A stretch of DNA of 25,360 bases. It comes from Calditrichaceae bacterium (GTDB lineage Bacteria; Calditrichota; Calditrichia; Calditrichales; JBFXGD01). Of this stretch, positions 1 through 9,650 are shown one piece after another (positions within the stretch are counted from its first letter, which is position 1; each line of letters starts with the position of its first letter). The position numbers were made by a program, and so were the translations under genes. The stretch covers positions 1 to 25,360 of the forward strand of contig JBFXGD010000036.1 in the NCBI GenBank assembly GCA_050178385.1. Direction: 5' to 3'. The notes under the pieces are model-generated. The model searched no databases and had not been told where the DNA came from. It was given only the letters and a program-made list of their open reading frames with translations.

Positions 1-2
1 AT

Positions 3-521
3 ATTTCAACCAAAGATTTGAATGAATATTTCGAAAATAAACTGAAAAGTTTATATTCTGAAGCGATTCTCGATTCATTTGTTTGTGAAAATTTAGATTC
101 TATTGAAATGCCATTGACTGTTGAGCTGTTTTATCATCTGCCGGAATACACGAATGACACGGGCACGATCGTATATTTCACGCCTCCGTTTATAACACGG
201 ACTAAAAAAAACCCTTTTATTAGAGAAAAAAGACAATTCCCGGTGGATTACTTGTATGACTACACACAAACGGAAACTATAATGATTAATTTCCCCGATT
301 CGTATTCCATAAGTGAAAAACCAAAAGTATCAAGCGGTAGAATGGAAAACTTATCATTTTCAAAAATCTACTTTGGAAATGAAAATTCAATCGAATGCCG
401 AAGAAAGTTTAATTTGGGCCGTACGCAATTTCAACCAAAAGAGTACACGATTTTAAGAAAAATTTATGATACAATTGTCAATTCTGACCAGGACCAGATA
501 GTTCTTAACCATCTGGAGTAG
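3..521 (+). CDS. C-terminal part of a DUF3857/transglutaminase-like domain protein (DUF3858-like C-terminus), 5'-truncated
   Basis: The frame is open from the window edge (ISTKDLNEYF...), so the TTG at 18 is probably internal. 'NPF..EKRQFPVDYLYDYTQTETIMINFPDSY...Y..LRKIYD.IV..D..QIVL' parallels the C-terminus of the next ORF ('REFPIHFNYPYKDTDSVRIKIPYGY'). Confidence 0.75.
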   Translation: MSTKDLNEYFENKLKSLYSEAILDSFVCENLDSIEMPLTVELFYHLPEYTNDTGTIVYFTPPFITRTKKNPFIREKRQFPVDYLYDYTQTETIMINFPDSYSISEKPKVSSGRMENLSFSKIYFGNENSIECRRKFNLGRTQFQPKEYTILRKIYDTIVNSDQDQIVLNHLE

Positions 522-684
522 ATATAACCATGATAATATTTAAATTTCAATCACACATTATACAGAATACAGAATGTTAGATGGCATCACTCTTATCGTC
601 TGTGTGTTGAAGTTTATCATCGTTTTTAGGCAATCTGTTTGAACTGAAGTTTTTTACGAATTATGAGATTAGGATGATCAAGAA

Positions 685-2589
685 ATGAACAGAATTTTTA
701 TTTTTTTTGTTTTAATGCTGTGTTTCACAGTAATGAGCTATCCTCAGAAAATAACTACAGATGTAATAATGGATTCCTTAAAAAATGAAGCGAACGCCTT
801 GATTCTCGATGATATAAATATTTGCACTCTTAAAAATAAAGATGCTGCTGAGTTTTACAAAAAAAGGCGGATTTTGATTAAAAATGAATCGGGTGAAAAG
901 TACTGCGGTCTATGGTTGCAGGAATCTGATTTTATTGAGGCCAAAGATATAAAAGCGGTAATAACTGATACCTCAGGTCGAAAGTTGAGAGAGCTTCAAA
1001 AAAATGAGATTAAAGAATCAACAATATCTCCGGATCATATTCTTTACGTGAAAAATAAAAATAAATATTTTGAATTGGTTTATCATACTTATCCGTATGT
1101 TTTGGAATACTCCTACAAGCTGGAACTGAGCAGCCTCTTCTTTTGGCCGTCATGGTATCCGCAATCTGATATTCCGATTTTATTTTCCAGTTATAAATTA
1201 ATCCTGGAACATCCGGTATCATATAATAATTATGGAATTGGCATGGAAGTAATTCCTGTGAGGACCATAGAAAGAGGCGATTCGGTTCATTATTGGGAGA
1301 TAGAGAATGTAATTCCAAGGATTAGCGAAGATTTTTTACCACCGGAAAATGAAATTCAAATGGCGCTGTTCTTTGCTCCACAAAATTTCCGACTGGGAGA
1401 AAGTTACGGGTCATTTGTTAATTGGGACGCCATGGCAGATTGGTATCGCATAATGGCAAAAGGAAGTTATGAACTGTCACAGGAAGCGAAAAATGAAGTT
1501 CATGAGTTAATAAAAGGTCTGGACAACCAATATGAAAAAACCAGAACTTTATATAAATATCTCCAGGAAAAGACGCGCTATGCGGCTATTTATTTAGACA
1601 TAGGAGGCTGGCAACCACATTCTGCGATTTCAGTTCACAAAAATCGATACGGTGATTGTAAAGATCTTACTACATATATGGTGGCAATGCTTACTGAGGC
1701 GGGGATTCAGGCATATCCCGCTCTTGCAAAGACGAGAGATCGGGGAACTGTGATTAAGGATTTCCCGTCAAATCAATTTAATCACTGTATTGCTTTTGTA
1801 CCATTTGAAGATGATACGCTTTGGCTGGAGTGCACTGCTGATTTTCTCGATATAAAAGATATGCCGTATAAGATTGAAGGAATAGACGCTTTGGTAATCA
1901 AAGATGATGCGGGAGAGATGATACAAACTCCTGTCGCTCCTTCAGATAAAAATAGATGGATATCATCTTCCACAGCGGAAATTTATCTTTCCGGCACGCT
2001 CAATATAAAAAGTTGTGTAAAAACGACAGGGAAACAGAAACGATTTTTTAAATCACTGTTTGAATATGCAAAGAATGATGATAAAAAAATCGAACTCCAA
2101 AAAATATTTGGTAATTACATACCGGGACTTACTATAAATAATTATGAGTTTTTAGAAGACGGGACGGACGAAAGAGTAGTTTTAATAAATTTTGATGGCG
2201 TTTATGAGAAGGGGGTTACAAAGAGTGGATCACGCCTTTTCATTAATCCGAATATTTTCAACCGAAAGACATCATCCAACATACCGGATGAAGATGAAGA
2301 TGAGCGCGAATTTCCGATACATTTCAATTATCCGTACAAGGATACGGATTCAGTCAGGATTAAGATTCCGTATGGGTATGTGTTAGAAGCCGCTCCGGAA
2401 ATGATTAATATTGATAATTCTTTTGCAACCTTTAAAACAGAATTTAAATTTGAAGATCAATATCTTTATTTTGTAAGGTTTTTCGAGTATAAAACAAACC
2501 ATTTCTCCCGGGATTTATATTCAGAATTTGTGGGGTTTTTAAAGACTGTGGTAAAATTTGACCAGACAAAATTTGTCTTTAAAAAATAA
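685..2589 (+). CDS. Secreted DUF3857 + transglutaminase-like (papain-fold) domain protein
   Basis: N-terminal signal peptide (MNRIFIFFVLMLCF...). Transglutaminase core motifs YGDCKD (Cys), FNHCI (His) and WLECT (acidic residue). 634 aa. AGGA upstream of the start. Confidence 0.85.
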   Translation: MNRIFIFFVLMLCFTVMSYPQKITTDVIMDSLKNEANALILDDINICTLKNKDAAEFYKKRRILIKNESGEKYCGLWLQESDFIEAKDIKAVITDTSGRKLRELQKNEIKESTISPDHILYVKNKNKYFELVYHTYPYVLEYSYKLELSSLFFWPSWYPQSDIPILFSSYKLILEHPVSYNNYGIGMEVIPVRTIERGDSVHYWEIENVIPRISEDFLPPENEIQMALFFAPQNFRLGESYGSFVNWDAMADWYRIMAKGSYELSQEAKNEVHELIKGLDNQYEKTRTLYKYLQEKTRYAAIYLDIGGWQPHSAISVHKNRYGDCKDLTTYMVAMLTEAGIQAYPALAKTRDRGTVIKDFPSNQFNHCIAFVPFEDDTLWLECTADFLDIKDMPYKIEGIDALVIKDDAGEMIQTPVAPSDKNRWISSSTAEIYLSGTLNIKSCVKTTGKQKRFFKSLFEYAKNDDKKIELQKIFGNYIPGLTINNYEFLEDGTDERVVLINFDGVYEKGVTKSGSRLFINPNIFNRKTSSNIPDEDEDEREFPIHFNYPYKDTDSVRIKIPYGYVLEAAPEMINIDNSFATFKTEFKFEDQYLYFVRFFEYKTNHFSRDLYSEFVGFLKTVVKFDQTKFVFKK

Positions 2590-2733
2590 AATATTTATGC
2601 ATCTGTTTACAGATAAAGATCTTTAGCCGGTAATATTAAAGGCATCTGTAAGCAAAATCTCTATTCACAGGGAATACATCAACAAGTTTTATCAAATATT
2701 CTCACCATTTCCGGAAAATAATTAAATATTGTT

Positions 2734-2770
2734 TTGTTCAAATGGATGTTGATCATATACTATATATGAT
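2734..2770 (+). promoter_or_regulatory. Putative nagB sigma70 promoter with an overlapping palindromic operator
   Basis: TTGTTC (2734-2739)-N16-TATACT (2756-2761). The perfect inverted repeat ATCATATA-CTA-TATATGAT (2752-2770) covers the -10 box. RBS GAGGAGAGGA precedes ATG 2800. Confidence 0.4.
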
Positions 2771-2799
2771 TATACAAATTTGGGCGAGGAGAGGAATCT

Positions 2800-3618
2800 A
2801 TGCGGCTGATCATCCAACCGGATTATAATGCAGTCTCCAAATGGGCGGCATGGTATGTGGCAAAATCAATAATCGATTTTAAGCCGGATAAAAATAAACC
2901 TTTTGTTCTGGGCCTTCCCACAGGATCGTCGCCTTTGGGAATGTACAAAGAACTGATTTCACTCTGTCAAAAAGCTAAAATATCCTTCAGAAACGTAGTC
3001 ACCTTCAACATGGATGAATATGTCGGGCTTCCTGTCGACCATCCCGGAAGTTACCATTCGTATATGCACACAAACTTTTTCAAACACATCGATATCAGGA
3101 AAGAAAATTTTAATATCCCTGACGGCAACGCTTCCGATCCTGATGCGGAATGCGAACGGTATGAAAATAAAATCAGAGAATACGGCGGCGTTAATCTGTT
3201 TGTGGGAGGCATCGGTCCCGATGGTCATATTGCCTTCAATGAACCCGGCTCTTCTCTCGGTTCACTGACGCGGGTCAAAACATTGACGGAAGACACGCTT
3301 TTGGCAAACGCCAGGTTCTTTGATGATGATGTCGTAAAAGTACCGAAAATGGCACTCACAGTCGGGGTAAAAACTGTTCTTGACTCAGACCAGGTTTTGA
3401 TTATTATCAGTGGTCATCCGAAAGCGAGAGCGCTCGCGAAGGTCGTGGAAGATGGTGTGAATCATATGTGGACGGTTAGCGCCCTGCAATTGCACCCCAA
3501 GGGTCTCATCGTTTGTGACGAGAGTTCTACAGTTGAATTAAAGGTGGGCACAGTGAACTATTTTAAACGGATTGAATCTGCTAATCTGAATGCGGACTTG
3601 CTCCTCCGGAATCTTTAA
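2800..3618 (+). CDS. nagB: Glucosamine-6-phosphate deaminase
   Basis: Hallmark motifs [53 protein letters not shown] and [15 protein letters not shown]. 272 aa, as expected for NagB. Confidence 0.97.
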   Translation: MRLIIQPDYNAVSKWAAWYVAKSIIDFKPDKNKPFVLGLPTGSSPLGMYKELISLCQKAKISFRNVVTFNMDEYVGLPVDHPGSYHSYMHTNFFKHIDIRKENFNIPDGNASDPDAECERYENKIREYGGVNLFVGGIGPDGHIAFNEPGSSLGSLTRVKTLTEDTLLANARFFDDDVVKVPKMALTVGVKTVLDSDQVLIIISGHPKARALAKVVEDGVNHMWTVSALQLHPKGLIVCDESSTVELKVGTVNYFKRIESANLNADLLLRNL

Positions 3619-3762
3619 TTATTTCTAAAAACATCATATCACCCCTGTATTAACAATACAATCATTTTGGAATTCTCAAGAAGATTTTTTTTGTTTTATT
3701 TGTTATGTCGTTATATTTGATGCAAAAAATTTTGGTAGAATCCTGTCAGAAAGATTTATTCT

Positions 3763-6700
3763 ATGAACTCGATTCGTCGGCTATATGTCGAAAAGAAAAA
3801 AGGCTTTGATGTTGAAGCGCAAAGTCTTATAAATGATTTGAGAGAAAATCTTGGAGTAAAGGAGCTACTATCTCTCCGCATCCTTTACAGATATGATATA
3901 TCCGAAATTTCAGACCAGATATATAATGAGTCACGAACGGCCGTTTTTTCAGAACCCCCCATTGACCACGTATATGATGAAGTATTAAAAATCCATCCCG
4001 GGGAAAAGGTTTTTGGCATCGAGTATCTGCCCGGACAATATGATCAAAGGGCGGATTCGGCGATGCAGTGTATTCAGGTGCTGAGTCATCAGGATCCTCC
4101 GCTGATAACAACCGCTAAAATAATAATTCTTGATGGAACTATTTCTGATAAAATATTTGAGAAAATAAAAAAATACTGTATCAACCCCGTGGATTCGAAA
4201 GATGCCGGTCTTGATAAACCGGAAACGCTGGAGCAGGCAGTCGATGAACCGGATGATGTCGGTATTGTAACGGGATTCCTCGATTTTTCCCAAAAGCAAA
4301 TCGGTTCTCTGATGAATGAGCTCGGGCTTGCGATGAGTCCGGATGATCTTGAGTTTACCCGCATATTTTTCAGAAACGAAGAAAAACGCGATCCTACGAT
4401 TACGGAAATAAAGGTACTTGATACATACTGGTCGGATCATTGCCGCCACACAACGTTTCTGACAAAGATTGAAAACGTCGAATTTGATGATGCTCCCCTT
4501 TCCAATGCCGTTAAAAAAGCCTTTGAGATGTATCGTCTATCCCGCAAAAATGTATATGCTCAAAATCCGAAGGATATGAGTCTTATGGATCTGGCGCTAA
4601 TCCCTGTGAAAGACATGCGTAAGAAAGGGATGCTTGACAAACTGGATGTTTCGGATGAGATCAATGCATGCAGCATATCGGTTCAGGTGGATGTTGACGG
4701 GAAAAAGGATGACTGGCTGGTGATGTTCAAAAATGAAACACATAACCATCCGACGGAAATAGAACCGTTTGGTGGGGCGGCAACCTGTCTGGGCGGGGCG
4801 ATTCGTGATCCGCTTTCCGGTAGAACCTATGTTTATCAGGCTATGCGTGTTACGGGCAGCGGCGACCCGCGGGCTAAGGTTGAAGATACTCTGCCCGGGA
4901 AATTACCGCAGCGAACAATAACGACAAAAGCGGCGCATGGCTACAGCTCATACGGCAACCAGATTGGTCTTGCCACAGGCCTCGTGACCGAAATATATGA
5001 TCAGGGATATGTGGCAAAAAGAATGGAGATAGGCGCTGTGATAGCCGCGGCTCCCAGGGAAAATGTACGCCGTGAAAAACCGGTTGCCGGTGATGTGATT
5101 CTGCTGGTCGGGGGCCGAACAGGGAGAGATGGGATAGGTGGCGCGACAGGTTCATCCAAGGCGCATACGGAACACGCTCTAAAAAATGAAGCGGAAGTCC
5201 AGAAGGGTAATCCCCCTACAGAAAGAAAATTACAACGGCTGTTCCGAAATCCGGAGGCAAGCCGGCTGATAAAAAAATGTAATGATTTTGGAGCCGGCGG
5301 CGTTTCGGTCGCCATAGGTGAACTGAGTGACGGGCTTGATATTTTTCTCGACGCGGTCCCTAAAAAATATGAGGGTCTTGATGGGACAGAGCTGGCGATT
5401 TCCGAATCGCAGGAACGAATGGCGGTGGTGATCGCGCAGGAAGATGTTCGTAAATTTTCAGAATTTGCATCCAATGAAAATCTTGAAATAACACCGGTGG
5501 CGAAGGTCACTGATTTAAACAGGTTGAGAATGTTCTGGCGGGAACAGAAAATTGTCGATATTGACCGGAAGTTCCTCGACACAAACGGCGTGAGCCAGAA
5601 AACGGATATTGCGGTGGCTTCTCCGGATGCAGATAAGAATTATTTTAATTCCTTTCCGGAAGGAGTGGATCCAATTACATCCGGCTTTGAGGATTCTTTT
5701 CTCACCACTTTGAGAGATCTTGGTGTCGCCGGACAACGAGGGCTGGTTGAGCGTTTTGACAGTACCATCGGAGCATCGACTGTTCTTCATCCATTCGGCG
5801 GAAAATATCAGATTACTCCGGCAGAAGCGATGGCCGCGAAAATACCTGTGACGGATGAAGAAACAACTTCCGCCACATTGATGAGTTTCGGATTTGATCC
5901 TAAATTGTCAAAATGGTCGCCGTTTCATGGCGCGCTATATGCCGTGATTGAATCAGTTGCCAGAATTGTCGCGTCGGGAGGCGATTATAAACGCGTATAT
6001 CTCACGCTCCAGGAGTATTTTGAAAAATTAGGCACCGATAAATACAGATGGGGCAAACCATTCAGCGCGCTGCTTGGAGCGTTCTATGCTCAAATAAATT
6101 TGGGAATCGCGGCCATCGGCGGAAAAGACAGCATGTCAGGGACATTCGAAAATCTGAATGTGCCTCCGACCCTTGTGTCGTTCGCGGTGGATGTTTCTGA
6201 TGCTTCAGACATCATTTCACCGGAATTTAAGGAAGCGGGAAATCATGTGATTTTTCTGCCGCTTCCGAGAGACGGCGAAGAAATACCGGATTTTGAATAT
6301 ATTGCAGGGATGTATTCAATAGTGACCGGACTGATCCGGGAGAAGAAAATTGTGGCGGCTCAGACAGTCCGGTACGGCGGAATAGCGGCGGCAATAGCAA
6401 AAATGACATTCGGGAACAGAATCGGCGTGGTTCTTACTGATGTTCCGGAATTAAGCGAATTATTTACCCCGGAACACGGCTCCTTTGTCCTTGAGCTAAA
6501 AGCATCAGAAAACCCTGCATCATTGTTTGCCGGATTAAGTTTTCGGGTTCTGGGTCAGACGACCGATGAACCGGTCATTCAATTCGGAACAACAAATATT
6601 AGCGTTGAAGATGCGGTCAGGCAGTGGGAAAGCCCGCTGGAACATGTATTTCCATCGAAAACAGCTTATAAGAATGAAAAACCGGCCATTATCAAATATG

Positions 6701-7536
6701 AAAAACGAAGTACGCGCCGGTCAGCGATTAAAATAGCAAAACCCCGGGTATTCATTCCGGTGTTTCCGGGAACAAATTGCGAATATGATTCAGCAAGGGC
6801 ATTTAATAAGGCCGGTGCTCTATCAAATGTCTTTGTTTTGAAAAATCTGACTTCAAAAGATCTAAATGAATCCTTGAAATTAATGGCTGATGAAATCAAC
6901 AACGCTCAGATTGTGATGCTTCCGGGGGGATTCAGCGCAGGTGATGAACCGGAAGGATCGGGAAAATTTATCGCCGCGGTATTCAGAAATCCCGCCATAA
7001 ATGAAGCGGTTATGAATCTTCTGAACACACGAGACGGGCTGATGCTGGGAATCTGCAACGGATTCCAGGCGCTTATTAAGCTTGGGCTTCTTCCATACGG
7101 GGAGATCCGCGAAATGGATGAAAAAAGTCCCACGCTCACATTTAATGAAATCGGACGGCATGTATCGAGAATGGTACATACGAAAGTTGTATCCGTTCAT
7201 TCACCATGGCTGGCAAATTCTGATCCGGGCGACATTCACACCGTGGCCGTATCACATGGGGAAGGGCGTTTTGTGGCTCCGGATGAAGTAATGGATGAGT
7301 TAATCAGAAACGGACAAATTGCCACCCAGTATGTGAATCTTGATGGGGAAGCAACGTATGATATCGATTTTAATCCAAACGGTTCGCTGCACGCGGTTGA
7401 AGGTATCACAAGCAGGGATGGTAAGATTTTTGGTAAAATGGCGCATTCCGAAAGAACGGGTAAATTTGTTGGCAAAAATATACCAGGAAATAAGGAACAG
7501 AAAATATTTTTGGCCGGCGTGAAATATTTTGATTAA
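3763..7536 (+). CDS. purL: Phosphoribosylformylglycinamidine (FGAM) synthase, single-chain form with fused glutaminase domain
   Basis: DTYWSDHCRHTTF, FKNETHNHPTEIEPFGGAATCLGGAIRDPLSGR, NDFGAGG, SESQERM, GGKDSMSG. The C-terminal PurQ-like domain has FPGTNCEYD, PGGFSAGD, GICNGFQ (catalytic Cys), SHGEG and MAHSER. 1257 aa. Confidence 0.97.
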   Translation: MNSIRRLYVEKKKGFDVEAQSLINDLRENLGVKELLSLRILYRYDISEISDQIYNESRTAVFSEPPIDHVYDEVLKIHPGEKVFGIEYLPGQYDQRADSAMQCIQVLSHQDPPLITTAKIIILDGTISDKIFEKIKKYCINPVDSKDAGLDKPETLEQAVDEPDDVGIVTGFLDFSQKQIGSLMNELGLAMSPDDLEFTRIFFRNEEKRDPTITEIKVLDTYWSDHCRHTTFLTKIENVEFDDAPLSNAVKKAFEMYRLSRKNVYAQNPKDMSLMDLALIPVKDMRKKGMLDKLDVSDEINACSISVQVDVDGKKDDWLVMFKNETHNHPTEIEPFGGAATCLGGAIRDPLSGRTYVYQAMRVTGSGDPRAKVEDTLPGKLPQRTITTKAAHGYSSYGNQIGLATGLVTEIYDQGYVAKRMEIGAVIAAAPRENVRREKPVAGDVILLVGGRTGRDGIGGATGSSKAHTEHALKNEAEVQKGNPPTERKLQRLFRNPEASRLIKKCNDFGAGGVSVAIGELSDGLDIFLDAVPKKYEGLDGTELAISESQERMAVVIAQEDVRKFSEFASNENLEITPVAKVTDLNRLRMFWREQKIVDIDRKFLDTNGVSQKTDIAVASPDADKNYFNSFPEGVDPITSGFEDSFLTTLRDLGVAGQRGLVERFDSTIGASTVLHPFGGKYQITPAEAMAAKIPVTDEETTSATLMSFGFDPKLSKWSPFHGALYAVIESVARIVASGGDYKRVYLTLQEYFEKLGTDKYRWGKPFSALLGAFYAQINLGIAAIGGKDSMSGTFENLNVPPTLVSFAVDVSDASDIISPEFKEAGNHVIFLPLPRDGEEIPDFEYIAGMYSIVTGLIREKKIVAAQTVRYGGIAAAIAKMTFGNRIGVVLTDVPELSELFTPEHGSFVLELKASENPASLFAGLSFRVLGQTTDEPVIQFGTTNISVEDAVRQWESPLEHVFPSKTAYKNEKPAIIKYEKRSTRRSAIKIAKPRVFIPVFPGTNCEYDSARAFNKAGALSNVFVLKNLTSKDLNESLKLMADEINNAQIVMLPGGFSAGDEPEGSGKFIAAVFRNPAINEAVMNLLNTRDGLMLGICNGFQALIKLGLLPYGEIREMDEKSPTLTFNEIGRHVSRMVHTKVVSVHSPWLANSDPGDIHTVAVSHGEGRFVAPDEVMDELIRNGQIATQYVNLDGEATYDIDFNPNGSLHAVEGITSRDGKIFGKMAHSERTGKFVGKNIPGNKEQKIFLAGVKYFD

Positions 7537-7587
7537 TCGACGCGTGTTATTCATTTTCCGGAGATCAATTGGCATATAGAGAAACTA

Positions 7588-8538
7588 ATGACGAATCGTA
7601 ATCAAACAAAAAAAATTCCTTTAACCGTTCTGGGCGATTTTGCGTGGGATGTACTCATAAGGACAAATAGTGAGTTACTGCCCGGTGGGGATAGTTTCGG
7701 CGAAGTAATGTTTGCGCCGGGGGGAAGCGCGGCAAATGTCGCTGTCTGGGCATCGAGATGCGGATTAAAGACAACTTTTGTCGGAAAAGTAGGACGGGAC
7801 AGGTTCGGCCAAATGGCGGCAGATAACCTGGCCTGGGAAAATGTGGAAGCGCATCTGATCGGCACGAGTGAGCATCGCACCGCCGCCGTTTCGGTATGGA
7901 TAGATCACAATGGACAGCGGTCAATGGTGTCCGGTCAGGGAGCGGATTTTTATCTCCTGACTTCCGAACTGCCTGTGGCAATTTTTAAAAATACGCAGCA
8001 CTTACATTTAAGCGCATGGTCGCTTTTCCGCGATCCGCCGCGTTCCGCCTCAAGGATGGCCGCGAAAACGGTTAAGGAGTCAGGCGGCACCATTTCGCTT
8101 GATCCGGCGTCATTTCAGATCATCGCTGAAATCGGCCCTGATAAGTTTATGTCGTACATCCGGGACCTGAAAATAGACATATTTTTCCCAAATTTTGAGG
8201 AGGGACGTGTTTTGAGCGGTGAAAAGAATCCAAAAGCCATTATAAAGAAATTATCCGCGATGATACCCGGTGCGATTATCGCGCTAAAACTAGATTCCAA
8301 TGGAGCTTTGATTCTGTGTGAAGGTAAGGAAACTCATATCCCCTCGGCAACAGATACGATTATCGACGCGACAGGGGCGGGTGATTCATTTGCGGGCGCT
8401 TTTTTATCAAAATTTTTGCAAGGTAAGGATATTTCAACTTCCGGGAAGTTTGCCGTAAAGATATCTGCCTGGGTTGTAAATCATATCAGCGCGCGTCCTC
8501 ACAGTGATGAAACGCTGGAAAATATACTGCAATCTTAG
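7588..8538 (+). CDS. PfkB/ribokinase-family carbohydrate kinase, substrate unknown
   Basis: PfkB signature 1 (PGGSAANVA...GKVGRDRFG), NFEE motif, and signature 2 (DATGAGDSFAGAF). Confidence 0.92.
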   Translation: MTNRNQTKKIPLTVLGDFAWDVLIRTNSELLPGGDSFGEVMFAPGGSAANVAVWASRCGLKTTFVGKVGRDRFGQMAADNLAWENVEAHLIGTSEHRTAAVSVWIDHNGQRSMVSGQGADFYLLTSELPVAIFKNTQHLHLSAWSLFRDPPRSASRMAAKTVKESGGTISLDPASFQIIAEIGPDKFMSYIRDLKIDIFFPNFEEGRVLSGEKNPKAIIKKLSAMIPGAIIALKLDSNGALILCEGKETHIPSATDTIIDATGAGDSFAGAFLSKFLQGKDISTSGKFAVKISAWVVNHISARPHSDETLENILQS

Positions 8539-9362
8539 TCGGATGAAGCGCTGTTCAATGTTTTGGAAGTAAATTCAGCTTCTTTCCCCGGTTTTTTGGA
8601 TGGATATCCCGCCGGAATTCTTGATTTTGGCCGCACTACCTCATGCGGCGCTATGGTGGCGCCGGCTCCTATTTCTACATCACCGAATATGGTCGCTTTC
8701 AGACCGACGGTAGCTCCTTTTCCGATCTTCACGGGCGCGATGACCAGAAATCCTCTCACCGCGTAATGACAAACGATTGTGGCGGACCCTCCGATGGTCA
8801 CATTATCTTCAATCTCAATCAGGGATGGATCGGATATATTTGTTGTATTTAGATGCACGCCTTTTCCAATTTTCATACCCATAAGTCTGTAGAACAGAAT
8901 GTTAAGAGGTGTCGGTGTTATAAATTCCAAAAATGTATATCGAACCAGATAAGTGAAGGCATTGTGAAAATACCAGGGTACGGATTGCAAAGAATAATAC
9001 CCCCCGCGCCACGGCTTAATACGTAGTGGTAATATGAAATTAAAAAAGGGCGCTACAAAAATAATCGTGAATCCGTACATGAAAAAACCAACGACAAGAG
9101 CGAAAGCAATTGCGCCAAACTGAAAAACCTGCATCCAGTCTTTAGTAATATCCAGAACATAATGAAAGAAATAGACTCCCGGTGTGAGAGAAATGGTCAT
9201 GATCATTACTCCCAGAATATAAAGCGGTATCAACGCGACCAGATAGCTAACAGTCCGGAAACGTCTGAGCAAAGTCTCAAAAAATTTTGCTATTCCGGTT
9301 TTTGATGATGTTGTGGAATAAACATTTTCTCTGTTATTGCCTGAGTTGGTATCTTGTGTCAT
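8535..9362 (-). CDS. Membrane-anchored hexapeptide-repeat (left-handed beta-helix) acyltransferase-like protein
   Basis: Two long hydrophobic segments, then 'FYRLMGMKIGKGVHLNT...DPSLIEIEDNVTIGGSATIVCH...VKIGKGATVG..ATIFGDVEIGAGATI'. The start is placed at ATG 9362 because SD AGAAGGA lies 6 nt upstream of it but directly abuts ATG 9368. Confidence 0.82.
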   Translation of the reverse strand: MTQDTNSGNNRENVYSTTSSKTGIAKFFETLLRRFRTVSYLVALIPLYILGVMIMTISLTPGVYFFHYVLDITKDWMQVFQFGAIAFALVVGFFMYGFTIIFVAPFFNFILPLRIKPWRGGYYSLQSVPWYFHNAFTYLVRYTFLEFITPTPLNILFYRLMGMKIGKGVHLNTTNISDPSLIEIEDNVTIGGSATIVCHYAVRGFLVIAPVKIGKGATVGLKATIFGDVEIGAGATIAPHEVVRPKSRIPAGYPSKKPGKEAEFTSKTLNSASSD

Positions 9363-9650
9363 AAACATTCCTTCTCAAGATGTGTGTTCTATTGAAGAGT
9401 GGTTGTTCCGGCTGTTGATTTTCCGCTTAGAAATATTATAACATATATTTTTCAATTATTCAAAGCGATTAAATCAAAAGGATACGCACTTTTATTTTAA
9501 CGCAGTTTTGTGTAAATAAATTTTCCCTTATTCAAATTTGTTTGTATTTCGACGGGTTATAAATATTGGAGATCCGCTCCATATCATTTAAATTTAACTT
9601 AAAAATGGATGATAACGAATCAATATTCATAACAATATGAGAGAAGCGCG

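Noticed and set aside
3827..7575. Many antisense or alternative-frame ORFs inside purL (for example 5001-5582, 193 aa)
   Set aside because: They lie almost entirely within a clearly conserved gene and have no recognisable motifs. They are shadow ORFs, as are those within the kinase, surface protein, histidine kinase and ABC genes.
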